DNA of 64,000 bases, from assembly GCA_021768625.1 (NCBI GenBank), contig JAETUM010000004.1, forward strand, positions 11,738-75,737, read 5' to 3'. A program made the translations under genes and the position numbers. Every line of letters begins with the position of its first letter. Within the stretch, counting starts at the first letter, position 1. The notes beneath the pieces are model-generated. The model ran no database searches. It was not told the DNA's origin and worked only from the letters and a program-made list of their open reading frames with translations. The stretch comes from Candidatus Stoquefichus sp. GTDB taxonomy: Bacteria > Bacillota_I > Bacilli_A > Erysipelotrichales > Coprobacillaceae. Of the stretch, positions 1 through 10,500 are shown in pieces.

Positions 1-1
1 A

Positions 2-763
2 ATGAAATATCTTGATGAATTAAGAAGGCTTTTAGATGATAAAGGATTAGATTATATATTTTACACAAATGGAAATTTTTTAGATAATAATACATTAATG
101 TACTTTGCTAAAGAATATCATATTCCATCAAATAAGATTTTCATTCCTAATACAACAAAAGAATTTGTTAATATTATTTTTCAATGTGAGAAAACAATAT
201 CTATAAGAATGCATTCTGCAATTGTTTCTTATGCATTCGATATTCCATCTGTTACTATTAAATGGAATGAGAAAGTAGGATTATTTTATAATAATATTGA
301 TCGTTCACAAGCGTGTCTTGATTTAACAGAATGGAATGTGACTAATATAATAAATAAATTATCTGAAGTGGAAAAAAGGCAGTATAAAAAAGATGAAAAT
401 TATTTAATGTCACTTTACATATATTTATATAATGTTTTTGTTCAATTGGGAATAGCACCAAAGTTAAAGCTTTATGATTTTAAAACAGTTAAAGATTTAT
501 TACATTTAGATAGTGTTTCTCAAAGAGAAGATACAGATGATATGTGTACTAGAATTAATAAAGGACAATATCATTATTTATGTAGATTTATTGAATTAAG
601 AAAAAAGAATGATGAGATTAGCGGTTTGAAGAAGAAAAATAAGGATTTATCAAATGATTTAATTGAAAAAGAAAAGAAAATTGAAGATTTAAATCAAGAG
701 ATTCAAAGATTGAATAATCTTAAGATTATGAAAATTTATAAGAAAATTCATGGTAAAAAATAA
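2..763 (+). CDS. polysaccharide pyruvyl transferase-like protein, C-terminal part (5' end outside window)
   Basis: ORF is open to the window edge. Segment IRMHSAIVSYAFDIPSVTIKW resembles the conserved C-terminal core of CsaB/WcaK-type pyruvyl transferases. K/E-rich coiled-coil tail. Sits in a teichoic-acid locus. Confidence 0.4.
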   Translation: MKYLDELRRLLDDKGLDYIFYTNGNFLDNNTLMYFAKEYHIPSNKIFIPNTTKEFVNIIFQCEKTISIRMHSAIVSYAFDIPSVTIKWNEKVGLFYNNIDRSQACLDLTEWNVTNIINKLSEVEKRQYKKDENYLMSLYIYLYNVFVQLGIAPKLKLYDFKTVKDLLHLDSVSQREDTDDMCTRINKGQYHYLCRFIELRKKNDEISGLKKKNKDLSNDLIEKEKKIEDLNQEIQRLNNLKIMKIYKKIHGKK

Positions 764-780
764 GTATTTATTATATAAAA

Positions 781-820
781 AATGCAAATTCAAAGGATAT
801 TTGAATTTGCATTTTCTTTT
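781..820. terminator. bidirectional intrinsic terminator between convergent genes
   Basis: 14-bp perfect stem AATGCAAATTCAAA / TTTGAATTTGCATT with loop GGATA, an A-run upstream and a T-run downstream. Lies between the stop at 763 (+) and the stop at 821 (-). Confidence 0.7.
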
Positions 821-2554
821 TTATTTATTTTTCAATAAAATATAATCAATGACTTTATCACTTGCATATTCCGCGGTGTTATCAAAATTCTCATTAACGA
901 ATTTATGTAATTTTTCCATTTGAAAGTCTTTGTTTTGTATCGTTTCAATAACTTCATCAAATGTTAAACAAACCTTACCTGGAGCATATTCATCTAATTT
1001 TCTATGAACACTTCTTAGAAGTTCATATTCATATTTATCAAATGCAAAGAATATAATTGGTTTTTCTTGTAAAGAGAATTCATAAATGTTTGATGAATAA
1101 TCTGTAATAAGAATATCTGTAACATAGAATAACTCATTGATATCAGGATATGAAGAAAAATCTATAATTCTATCGCTAAATTTTTCATCAATTTCTATTG
1201 GTTTTCTTATAAATGGATGCATTTTCACTAAGAAAAGATATTCGTCACCACACATCTGATAAACTTTTTCTAAATCTAATTGTTTATAAGGATAATGTGC
1301 TGAACGTTGTCCAGTTCCTCTAAATGTTGGTGCAAATAATATGATTTTTTTGTTTTTGAAATTTGGATATTGATGATAGAAACTATCTTTAAATTGATTT
1401 ATTTTTGAAGAGTCCATATAACCATCAATTCTCATTAATCCAAATGGTAAACAATTTTCTTTATCTATACCAAATGCTTCAGCATAAACTTCTTTTAATG
1501 CATTTCCACCAACAATAGTATAATCATATTTTCTATGAGGACAATCATCTGGATATGGTGAACCCTTTTCACCAAAACGAGCATATCCTACAGACTTGAA
1601 TCCTACACCTGCATGCCATACTTGAATGAGCTTTGTTTTCTTGTTAAGTGTTATATATTTAAAGAAAGGTGAAAAGTCATCAACAAAGATAAAATCTTGT
1701 TTAGCAGTTAAAAATGCCAATTTCAACCATATAAAGAAAATTTGCCAACGCTTATGTTCTAAAGTCTTTTTAAAATAATAAGAAATTTTAAACTCTTTAT
1801 CAAGTCCACGTTCTTTTAATCTTTCGTCTAAGACTTTAAGATTGCCACTAATAGGAACTCTTGTTTCAGACATAATCAATATTCTATGACCATTTTTAGG
1901 TGTTATATGTGAGACAATTGTATAAATAAAGTTATTTGTTTTCTCTAAGAAATAAATAAGTCTTTTCTTTAGTCTTTTCTTAATAGACTTTGTTTCTATT
2001 TTAAAGTGTCTTTTCTTATAGTCTCTATTTTTCATCATATATGCTGTATGGATAGAACAAATTATTTGTTGTCTTCTTTTAGATGGATGAATACTTACAA
2101 TATAAGCATATGAAGTTCCACCATATCTATAAATCTTATCCAAATCTTTCAGCTTATAAGCAACATCTAAAGAAATAGGAATGTTATTCCATTCTAGAGG
2201 AATTAGTGGTTTTTCAATAGAAAGATCAGAGTTGTCATTCATCAACATTTCATATTTTTCTAAATCAATTTCATATTGTTTCATTTCTTCTTCAAAATTT
2301 GGATTAAAACACTTAATATACCAAACCCCATTTGTTAGCATCTCTTTATGAGCTATGTTTGTGATATTTATGGTAATAGAGTGAGTATTTAAATCAAATT
2401 CTAAAGGATAAAGATAACGATTTTTATTTGTCGCAATAGCAAAGCGACATTGTTCTAACTCTTGACCTTCTAATTGAATATGTAAATAAATTCTATCCCA
2501 AAATATATCTGTTATTATCATTTCATTTTCCATTAAACATAAAATTCCTTTCAA
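821..2554 (-). CDS. CDP-glycerol/ribitol glycerophosphotransferase (TagB/TagF/TarF family)
   Basis: 577 aa. C-terminal catalytic signatures VWHAGVGFK, ILFAPTFRG, KMHPF and LITDYSSNIYEF are typical of TagF-family teichoic acid polymerases/primases. Confidence 0.85.
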   Translation of the reverse strand: MKGILCLMENEMIITDIFWDRIYLHIQLEGQELEQCRFAIATNKNRYLYPLEFDLNTHSITINITNIAHKEMLTNGVWYIKCFNPNFEEEMKQYEIDLEKYEMLMNDNSDLSIEKPLIPLEWNNIPISLDVAYKLKDLDKIYRYGGTSYAYIVSIHPSKRRQQIICSIHTAYMMKNRDYKKRHFKIETKSIKKRLKKRLIYFLEKTNNFIYTIVSHITPKNGHRILIMSETRVPISGNLKVLDERLKERGLDKEFKISYYFKKTLEHKRWQIFFIWLKLAFLTAKQDFIFVDDFSPFFKYITLNKKTKLIQVWHAGVGFKSVGYARFGEKGSPYPDDCPHRKYDYTIVGGNALKEVYAEAFGIDKENCLPFGLMRIDGYMDSSKINQFKDSFYHQYPNFKNKKIILFAPTFRGTGQRSAHYPYKQLDLEKVYQMCGDEYLFLVKMHPFIRKPIEIDEKFSDRIIDFSSYPDINELFYVTDILITDYSSNIYEFSLQEKPIIFFAFDKYEYELLRSVHRKLDEYAPGKVCLTFDEVIETIQNKDFQMEKLHKFVNENFDNTAEYASDKVIDYILLKNK

Positions 2555-2734
2555 TATAAAAACATTTATTCACAATAAGATTATCACAAAAAGGATATTT
2601 TTACAATTGCTTTATAAAATAGAGTATAACTTTTTATTCTTTTTTAATACATGAATGAATATAATATTATTTGAAGTCATGTGAGGAATGTGATATTCTT
2701 ATTAGAGATTATACATTATGAGGAGACTATAGTA

Positions 2735-3721
2735 ATGAATTGGAATTTGCTGAGTAAATATAGAAGTGAACTTATGGGGTTGGCGACTATAGCTGTTGTG
2801 CTTTTTCATTTCTTTGAAGAAGTTGGGCAACATGCATCAGAGGTTACTGATACTGTTTTGCACTTATATAATTTTGGACGTTATGGGTATATAGGTGTAG
2901 AAGTCTTTTTGATTGTATCAGGGATTGGATGTTATTATTCTATTCGAAAAAATTTTAATAAAAAGGAGTTCTATAAAAAGAGAGCAAAAAGAATTTTAAT
3001 TCCTTATTTGCTTATTGCAGTTCCTTTTTGGCTCTATATAGATGTGTTTTTAAATAAGAGTATAGAAGAGTTTATATATGATTTAACAGGAATAAGCTTT
3101 TTAATAGATACAAAAACATTTTGGTATGTCTTTTTTATTTTAATTATGTATTTTCTTTTTCCATTAATATATAAATTTCTTTTTGGTAAAGAAAAAGATA
3201 TTTTTTTAAAATTTATGTTTATTGAATTGTTAGTTGCTTTCTTGACAATAATTCTATATGTAGAAATGTATGATGTCTTTGATTTGATTGAAATTGCTTT
3301 AACAAGAGTACCTATTTTTATTTTTGGAGTATATACTGGACATAAAGTTTATAACAATGAAAAAGTAAGTTTTCCTATTTTGTTTTTTAGTATTTTCTCT
3401 ATTTTTCTCATAAATATTGATTTTGATAATCAGTTGGTTATGAGATACATAAATTCTGTTCAATCTATTGGATTTTCTTTGATTATGGTCAAGATATTTG
3501 ATATAGTTAATTTAAAGAATATAAATCGATTTTTAAGTTTTGTAGGTAAATATTCGTTTGAAATCTATTTGCTTCATATAGCTTTTAGAAGAGTATTTGA
3601 TAGTCTAGATATTAGACCATATGAATGGAATAACTATTTGATGATTATCTTATTAACAGTATTGTTTACATGGTTAGTTCAATTGGTTACAAATACAAAA
3701 AGTAAAAAAGTTTATAAATAG
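2735..3721 (+). CDS. acyltransferase family 3 membrane O-acyltransferase
   Basis: Multi-TM protein with N-terminal motif LMGLATIAVVLFHF and about 10 hydrophobic segments. Start moved to ATG 2735, which has AGGAG 9 nt upstream; the track start at 2681 lacks an SD. Confidence 0.65.
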   Translation: MNWNLLSKYRSELMGLATIAVVLFHFFEEVGQHASEVTDTVLHLYNFGRYGYIGVEVFLIVSGIGCYYSIRKNFNKKEFYKKRAKRILIPYLLIAVPFWLYIDVFLNKSIEEFIYDLTGISFLIDTKTFWYVFFILIMYFLFPLIYKFLFGKEKDIFLKFMFIELLVAFLTIILYVEMYDVFDLIEIALTRVPIFIFGVYTGHKVYNNEKVSFPILFFSIFSIFLINIDFDNQLVMRYINSVQSIGFSLIMVKIFDIVNLKNINRFLSFVGKYSFEIYLLHIAFRRVFDSLDIRPYEWNNYLMIILLTVLFTWLVQLVTNTKSKKVYK

Positions 3722-3739
3722 CATAAGGAGGTAATTATA

Positions 3740-4465
3740 ATGAGTAATATTGCTATTATTTTTGCAGGTGGAACAGGAACAAGAATGGGAGCAGGTCTTC
3801 CAAAACAATTTCTACAAATTAATGGGAAACCTATTTTAATTCATACTTTAGATAATTTTCAAAATTCACCAAGTATTGATAAAATATATATATCTTGTAA
3901 AGAAGATTATATTCAACAAACTGAAAAGGAAATTGAAAAATATCAAATTACAAAAGTTAAGGGAATTGTTGCGGGAGGAGCGACGAGCCAAGATTCAATC
4001 TTTAATGCTCTATCTAAAGCAAGAGAGGAAAATGATGATGAATCTGTGGTACTTATTCATGATGGAGTTCGTCCATTTTTAACAGAAGATGTTATTAGAG
4101 CTAATATTGAGAGTGTTCAAAAACACGGTTCAGCTATTACTTGTACATCATGTTATGAAACAGTTATTTTAAGTGAAAATGGTGAAAAAATAGAACAAGT
4201 TCCTTCTAGAGATATTGCATATACTGCTCAAGCACCTCAAAGTTTTCATTTAGGAGATATTTTGAATGCACATTTGAAGATAAGAGAAACAAATCCTGGT
4301 TATATAGATATTGTTGATTCATGTTCTCTTTTAAGAAAACTAGGAAAAGATATTTATATTGTTAAGGGAAATAGAGGCAATATCAAAGTGACAACACCAG
4401 AAGATTTTTATATTTTAAGAGCGTTATTACAATATAAAGAAAATGAACAAATTTTAGGTTTATAG
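3740..4465 (+). CDS. IspD/TarI-family sugar-phosphate cytidylyltransferase
   Basis: N-terminal AIIFAGGTGTRMGAGLPKQFL (GxGxRM...PKQ nucleotide-binding loop), HDGVRPF and KVTTPEDF motifs of the IspD/TarI family. SD GGAGG upstream. Confidence 0.85.
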   Translation: MSNIAIIFAGGTGTRMGAGLPKQFLQINGKPILIHTLDNFQNSPSIDKIYISCKEDYIQQTEKEIEKYQITKVKGIVAGGATSQDSIFNALSKAREENDDESVVLIHDGVRPFLTEDVIRANIESVQKHGSAITCTSCYETVILSENGEKIEQVPSRDIAYTAQAPQSFHLGDILNAHLKIRETNPGYIDIVDSCSLLRKLGKDIYIVKGNRGNIKVTTPEDFYILRALLQYKENEQILGL

Positions 4466-4475
4466 GAGATTGATT

Positions 4476-5522
4476 ATGAATTGTATTATCAAAGAAGATA
4501 TTGAAAATATATTAAATGAAGATATTTCTTGGGAAAAACTAAGAAATACGACAGTATTGGTTACAGGATTTAAAGGAATGATTGGTTCTTATATTACAAA
4601 AACATGTTTGTATCTTAATGATACACAAGATTATCGTATTCATGTTATAGGATTAGAGAGAGATGACAGAAATGTTGATCCATACATATTAAATCATCCA
4701 GCAATGGAATTTGTCTATCAAGATGTATCACAACCATTGAATATACAAAAGAAGGTTGACTGGATTGTTCATGCTGCTTCACCAGCATCACCTTTAATTA
4801 TGAAGAATGATCCTGTAGGAACAATCGCTGCTAATGCATTAGGAACATGGAATGCATTACAGATTGCTTACCAAAGTCAAGCACAAGGTTTTATGTTTAT
4901 TTCATCAAGAGAAATTTATGGTCAACCTTATGATAATCAAGAAGAATTTTATGAAAATACATATGGATTGGTGGATCCATTAGAAGCAAGATCATGTTAT
5001 CCTGAAGGAAAAAAATGTGCAGAAACAATGTGTGTATGTTATAAAGAACAATATGGATTGAATACTAAAATTGCACGTTTAGCTCATACTTATGGTCCTG
5101 GAATGTCTATTTATGATGGAAGAGTTCAAGCTGACTTTTTGAAGAATGCTTTAAATAAGGAAAATATTATTATGAAAAGTACAGGTGCAGCAATAAGAAC
5201 ATATACTTATATTGCTGATGCAGTAGCTGCATTATTCCGTATTTTATTAGATTCAGATGATATTGTTTATAATATTGGTGATTCTGATAATCGTGTTTCT
5301 ATACGTGAATTAGCAGAAACAATTACTCAAATTAATCCTGATGATCATTTAAAGGTTATTATGGATATTCCTAGTGATGCTCTTAAAGGAGTATCACCAT
5401 ATACATTAGGAATTTTAAATAATGATAAACTTTGTTCAATTGGATGGAAACCTAGATATTCTGTTTTAGAAGGTTTTTCAAGAACATTAAAGTATTTGGA
5501 AATTGAAGAAAGCAAAAAATAG
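4476..5522 (+). CDS. NAD-dependent epimerase/dehydratase (extended SDR, UDP-glucuronate decarboxylase-like)
   Basis: Rossmann motif VTGFKGMIGSY and catalytic YPEGK (YxxxK). Start at ATG 4476 with AGGAG 7 nt upstream. Confidence 0.8.
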   Translation: MNCIIKEDIENILNEDISWEKLRNTTVLVTGFKGMIGSYITKTCLYLNDTQDYRIHVIGLERDDRNVDPYILNHPAMEFVYQDVSQPLNIQKKVDWIVHAASPASPLIMKNDPVGTIAANALGTWNALQIAYQSQAQGFMFISSREIYGQPYDNQEEFYENTYGLVDPLEARSCYPEGKKCAETMCVCYKEQYGLNTKIARLAHTYGPGMSIYDGRVQADFLKNALNKENIIMKSTGAAIRTYTYIADAVAALFRILLDSDDIVYNIGDSDNRVSIRELAETITQINPDDHLKVIMDIPSDALKGVSPYTLGILNNDKLCSIGWKPRYSVLEGFSRTLKYLEIEESKK

Positions 5523-5587
5523 GGTTGAAATGCTTAGTCTTGATTGCTAAGCATTTATTTGTGAAAAAAGTAAAGGAGAAGTATCAT

Positions 5588-6298
5588 ATGATTTATGCAG
5601 AAATTTTAGCTGGTGGAAAAGGAACAAGGATGGGAAATACTGAAATGCCTAAACAATTTTTAATGCTAGGAAAAAAGCCTATCTTTATTCATACAGTAGA
5701 ACAATTTTTAATGAATAAAAGAATAGATAAGATATTTATTTGTTGTCCAGAACAATGGGTTTCTTATACAAAAGATACTTTAAGAAAGTATATTTCTGAT
5801 ACAGCAAAAGTTATCGTTGTAAAAGGTGGAGAAACACGTAATGATACAATATTAAACGGATGTCGTTTTATTGAAGAAAATTATGGCATTCAAGAAGATG
5901 ATATTATATTGACCCATGATGCAGTAAGACCATTTTTAACTCAAAGAATAATTGATGATAATATAGATGGTGCTTTAAAATATGGTGCAGTAGATACTGT
6001 AGTAGAAGCTTTTGACACAATTGTTCATTCAAAGGATGGACAAATTATCACAGATATTCCAGTCAGAAGTGAAATGTATCAAGGGCAGACACCTCAATCT
6101 TTTAATATTAAATTATTGATGAGCTTTTTTGCATCATTAACAGAAGATGAGAAAAGCATATTAACTGATGCATGCAAAGCATTGGTTATTAAGGGAACAG
6201 ATGTCCATCTTGTCAAAGGTGAGGTTTCTAATATTAAGATTACAACACAATATGATTTAAAAGTAGCAAATGGTTTAGTAGAGGAGAATAAGTCATGA
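5588..6298 (+). CDS. tarI: ribitol-5-phosphate cytidylyltransferase (IspD/TarI family)
   Basis: MIYAEILAGGKGTRMG...MPKQFL, HDAVRPF and KITTQYDL motifs. Overlaps by 4 nt the downstream TarJ-like reductase, the classical tarI-tarJ arrangement. Start moved to ATG 5588 with an AGGAG SD. Confidence 0.8.
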   Translation: MIYAEILAGGKGTRMGNTEMPKQFLMLGKKPIFIHTVEQFLMNKRIDKIFICCPEQWVSYTKDTLRKYISDTAKVIVVKGGETRNDTILNGCRFIEENYGIQEDDIILTHDAVRPFLTQRIIDDNIDGALKYGAVDTVVEAFDTIVHSKDGQIITDIPVRSEMYQGQTPQSFNIKLLMSFFASLTEDEKSILTDACKALVIKGTDVHLVKGEVSNIKITTQYDLKVANGLVEENKS

Positions 6299-7311
6299 TT
6301 AATCAAGTATATAGATTGATAGCTCCAAAACAGATTAGAGAAGATTTTGTTGATTTAAAAATAGATGATGAAAGTGTTATTGTAAGACCAACATATCTTT
6401 CTATTTGTGCAGCTGATCAAAGGTATTATACTGGAAGTAGAGGAAGAGTTGTGATGAAACAAAAACTTCCTATGGCATTGATTCATGAGGCAGTAGGAGA
6501 AGTTGTTTATGATCCTCAAGGTGAATACAAGGTTGGAACAAATGTAGTGATGATTCCTAATACTCCTATAGAAGAGGATGAAATTATAAAAGATAATTAC
6601 ATGCGTTCAAGTCGATTTAGAGCAAGTGGTTTTGATGGCTTTATGCAAAATGTTGTATGTATGCAAAGAAACTTAATTATTCCATTCTCTGTAGAACCAC
6701 GTGTTGCTGTTTTATTAGAGTTAACAAGTGTTGTTATGAACGCTGTAGAAAACTTTGAAAAAATGGCTCATTGTAGAAGAAACACAATTGGTATTTGGGG
6801 AAATGGAAATCTAGGATTTATTGTAGCTTTGACTTTACGAAAGAAATATCCAGATAGTCAAATTATTGTGTTTGGTGTAGAAGAGCATAAGATGGCATAC
6901 TTTTCATTTGTTGATAATACATATCTTATAGATGATATACCATCTGATTTAAGAGTTGATCATGCATTTGAATGTGTTGGTGGACGAGCAAGTGGAACCG
7001 CTATTAATCAAATTATAGATTACATTCAACCACAAGGTACAATTAGTTTGATGGGTGTGAGTGAAAATAATGTACCTATTAATACAAGAATGGTTCTTGA
7101 AAAGGGGCTAACTTTATTAGGTAATAGTAGAAGTAATTATGATGATTTTAAGCATTCTGTACAGTTAATGGAGATGTATGATGATGTATGTGAGTATTTA
7201 TCAACAATTATTTCAGAAGAAGTTGTTGTTCAATCTATTGATGATATACATAGAGCTTTTGATGATGATTTAAATAATGATTTTAAAACAATTATGAAGT
7301 GGGAAATTTAA
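6295..7311 (+). CDS. tarJ: ribulose-5-phosphate reductase / ribitol-5-phosphate dehydrogenase (MDR zinc-ADH family)
   Basis: MINQVYRL...RPTYLSICAADQRYYTG N-terminus and GxGxxG-like IWGNGNLG Rossmann motif, typical of TarJ. Translationally coupled to the TarI gene. Confidence 0.75.
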   Translation: MINQVYRLIAPKQIREDFVDLKIDDESVIVRPTYLSICAADQRYYTGSRGRVVMKQKLPMALIHEAVGEVVYDPQGEYKVGTNVVMIPNTPIEEDEIIKDNYMRSSRFRASGFDGFMQNVVCMQRNLIIPFSVEPRVAVLLELTSVVMNAVENFEKMAHCRRNTIGIWGNGNLGFIVALTLRKKYPDSQIIVFGVEEHKMAYFSFVDNTYLIDDIPSDLRVDHAFECVGGRASGTAINQIIDYIQPQGTISLMGVSENNVPINTRMVLEKGLTLLGNSRSNYDDFKHSVQLMEMYDDVCEYLSTIISEEVVVQSIDDIHRAFDDDLNNDFKTIMKWEI

Positions 7312-7386
7312 TGAAGAAAGAGTGTTAATATTTTTAGCACTTTTTTGTTTATATGAAGGAATTAAATAATGCAAATGTTTAATGAC

Positions 7387-7416
7387 TTGACAATAATAAG
7401 AGGAATGGAGTATAAT
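7387..7416 (+). promoter_or_regulatory. sigma-A-type promoter for the surface protein gene
   Basis: Consensus TTGACA (7387-7392), 18-nt spacer, consensus TATAAT (7411-7416), about 145 nt upstream of ATG 7562. Confidence 0.5.
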
Positions 7417-7561
7417 AAAATTGATTTTTGTAAGCGTTTTTTTACAAAAAATGAAGTATTGAAATATTTTTCTCGATGATAGTTGTTTTGCTGCTAAAAA
7501 ATGCAACTTATTTCTTTTTATTGAGAAAATAAAAAAGTAAAAAATATATGGAGGGAAAAAA

Positions 7562-10500
7562 ATGAAAAAAGTAAAGAGTATGAAACAAATAACTGTCATT
7601 TTCTTATGTTTTGCACTGATTATGGGGTTATTAGTATTGGCCAATCAATCGGTTCACGCTGAAGGAACTGTTGTTGGTAGTACTGGATTTACAGTACAAG
7701 GCGGTGTAGAAGGTGTCGATTATCAAATTGATGAAGATACAAAGATGGTTATTGTTATGACAGGGAAAAGATTAACTTTTTCTGGAACATCTAGTGCTTA
7801 TGGAATTAGAGTAAAACCAGGGACAAAGGCAGATATTACATTAGATAATGTAACAATCACAGCACCGTTGCCTTTGGATGTTGCAACAAATTTAACAGGA
7901 ACAGCTGATGGATCAGTTGCAACACAAGGAGAAGATATACTTCCTGAAAATAGGACTTCTCTTCATCTAACATTAGCAGATGGAAGTACAAACAGATTAG
8001 AAGCAGGAGATTTATTTCCAGCTATCCACTGTGGTGAAGGATCTCTTTTAGTTATTGATGATGGAGTACGCAATGTTGACTCAAACGGTAATGCATTAAC
8101 TCCAGTACAAGGACGTGTACCAAAAACTTGTGTTTTAGAAAATGGAACAAAAGTCAATGAAGGTGATCCATTGTATGTTATGGAAAGCAATAATCCAGGT
8201 AAGTTATATGCATATGGTGGAAAATCTTGTGCAGGTATTGGAAGTGGTATTTGGGAAAATGCTGGTGATATGACTTTTAATGGAGGTTATATTGAGGCTT
8301 ATGCTTATGATAAGGCTGAAACAAGTACAAGTAGAGACTACCATGGAACAGGTGCAGGTATTGGAAGTTCTATGGCTGGTGGATGTACTGTAATGACTTT
8401 TAATGGCGGAACAATTGTTGCTACTGGATCTTACCATGGTGCAGGAGTTGGAACTGGCTTAAGTTCATCATGGGGTGCAAATTGGGATAGACCTCAAATG
8501 GAAGGAACAATAAAATCTAGAGAAACATATCGAGATACAATTCCTAGAGATATATATATTAATGGCGGAAATTTAACTGCTAAAGGTTTTGAGCATGGAA
8601 ATGCTTTTGGAGCAGGGTGTGCACCAGGAACAAATACAGGACATAAATTTGTTATTACAGGTGGAAACTTAACGCCAATTACTAGTCAAACAAGTGATAT
8701 TGGTGGCTTAGGAACAGATATAATTGTAACAGGTGGTTCTTTTAATACATCTAAGTTTTCTGGAACAGTTACAGATGGTAAAGGAACAACATTAACTATG
8801 GTTAAAATTGATATGAGTGTTTATCCAGAGTTTAAAGATAAACGTATCAAATGTCTTAATGTATTAATTGATGGAAAGCCAATTACACCAGAATATGGTC
8901 TTCCTAATAATATTGATGAAAATAACATGGTATATTTTTGGCTTCCTTCAAGTGTACAAGGAAAAGATATCGAAATTGAAAATTTAGTTGTTATTGATAA
9001 TGATGGTAAAGAATGGAATAGTGAATATAGTTATACTCTTCCTGATTTTAGTCCAACTCAACCACTTGCTAAACAATATATAGACTTTGTTTTACCAAGA
9101 GAAGAAATGAGTGATCAACTTGCAAAACTTTTAGTAAAACAATATGATGGATTAGATATTGGTGGAGAACAGATGAAGAAGGAATTTGCTGAATTACGAA
9201 TTTCAGCTCGTAAGCCAGATGGTAAATTCCTTAATGATGTAAATCACTTAACTGTTTCTCATCAAAAGTTGTTGGATAAAAATGGTGAGGCAGTTAATGA
9301 AGAGGTTGTTAATGGTTCTGTCACTGAAGCAGGAAGTTATCAAATTATTTTGACATCGGATGAATATGCTAATGAGCCAACTTTCCAAGTCCAATATTGG
9401 GGACATAAGGTTCGTATGGATGCACGTATTGATCCAGCTGATAGTATTATTAAGGATTTTACATATAAACTTAATGAAGGTGAAGGAAAGGTAAAAAGTG
9501 TTACATTTAATGCTATAGTAAGACCTACTGATGAGATGGCAAAAACATGTGCTTCACCAGATGGAAAAATTCAATTTTATGCTAATGGAGTTCCAGTTGG
9601 GGAACCTGTAGAGTTAACTCCTCAAGCTGATACAAAGGATGGTTATCATTATAGTTCTGTTGCTTATAATTGGGTGGTAGAAGGAATACAAATTCCGTAT
9701 ATCGAAGGAGATAAAATTCAATTTACTGCAAAGTATACAGAAGGTTCTAATTATAATGATAGTGAAGCTAAAGGAGCTACTTTTGATAATCCAGTACCTG
9801 GATTACCAACGGCGAGACCACCAAAGGTTGAAATTATTCCTACTGACCCTACAAAGCCAGTAAAACCTTTGGAACCAAATAAGCCTATAGAAAACAAACC
9901 TGGAGAGAATCCTGGTGATATTAATACACTTCATCAAAATGCTGATGATTTTGTAATGGTAACAGTTTCAGATGATGTTTTGGATAAAGATGCAATAGAA
10001 CAATTTATTAAGGAAAGATATCAAATTACAAGTCAAGTAGCAGGAACTGACGTTAAATTTGAATCTATACAATTGAAGGATAAAGATGGAAAAGTCATTG
10101 ATAAATTAGATTGTACACAGGCAGGAGAATTCCATATTATAACAGTTGTTAAAGATACTTTAGGAAATACAACAACTATAGATTTAGATTATATAGTTGT
10201 TCAACCACCACAAATTTCAGTAAAACCTGAGGGCTCTGGTAACCCAATACCTTTAAATCCAGAATATCCTCCTACAGTAGATGAGGAAACTGGTACATAT
10301 CATAATGTGGTAAAGGATAAATATAGCCAAGCTACTGAAAATCGTAAATTAAATCAAAAAGAGGTAGAAAAATGGATTGATTCTCATTATCAATTTGATA
10401 ATGGTTCGACTTCTTCTATAGTTATAAAGAATGAAACTGGTAATAAAGTTTCAGAAATTGACTTGTCTCAAGCAGGAAAGTATACAGTTGAAACTGTGGT

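Noticed and set aside
3876-4082. Internal alternative-frame and antisense ORFs within well-supported genes: 3876-4082, 6094-6306, 7963-8437, 11974-12159, 14631-14843, 16525-16758, 17474-17656, 21225-21681, 27586-27795, 32197-32415, 32831-33082, 38522-41301, 42147-42377, 46743-47045, 47758-47976, 49090-49706, 52978-53175, 53444-53626, 57376-57736, 59565-59822, 60556-61129 and 61714-61896.
   Set aside because: Each is nested in or antisense to a longer ORF with recognisable motifs. They lack SDs, and AT-rich DNA generates such frames by chance.
7270-7644. 124-aa minus-strand ORF overlapping the tarJ end and the surface-protein start.
   Set aside because: It covers a consensus promoter, 5' UTR and signal-peptide region of plus-strand genes. 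It is low-complexity and hydrophobic and has no SD.
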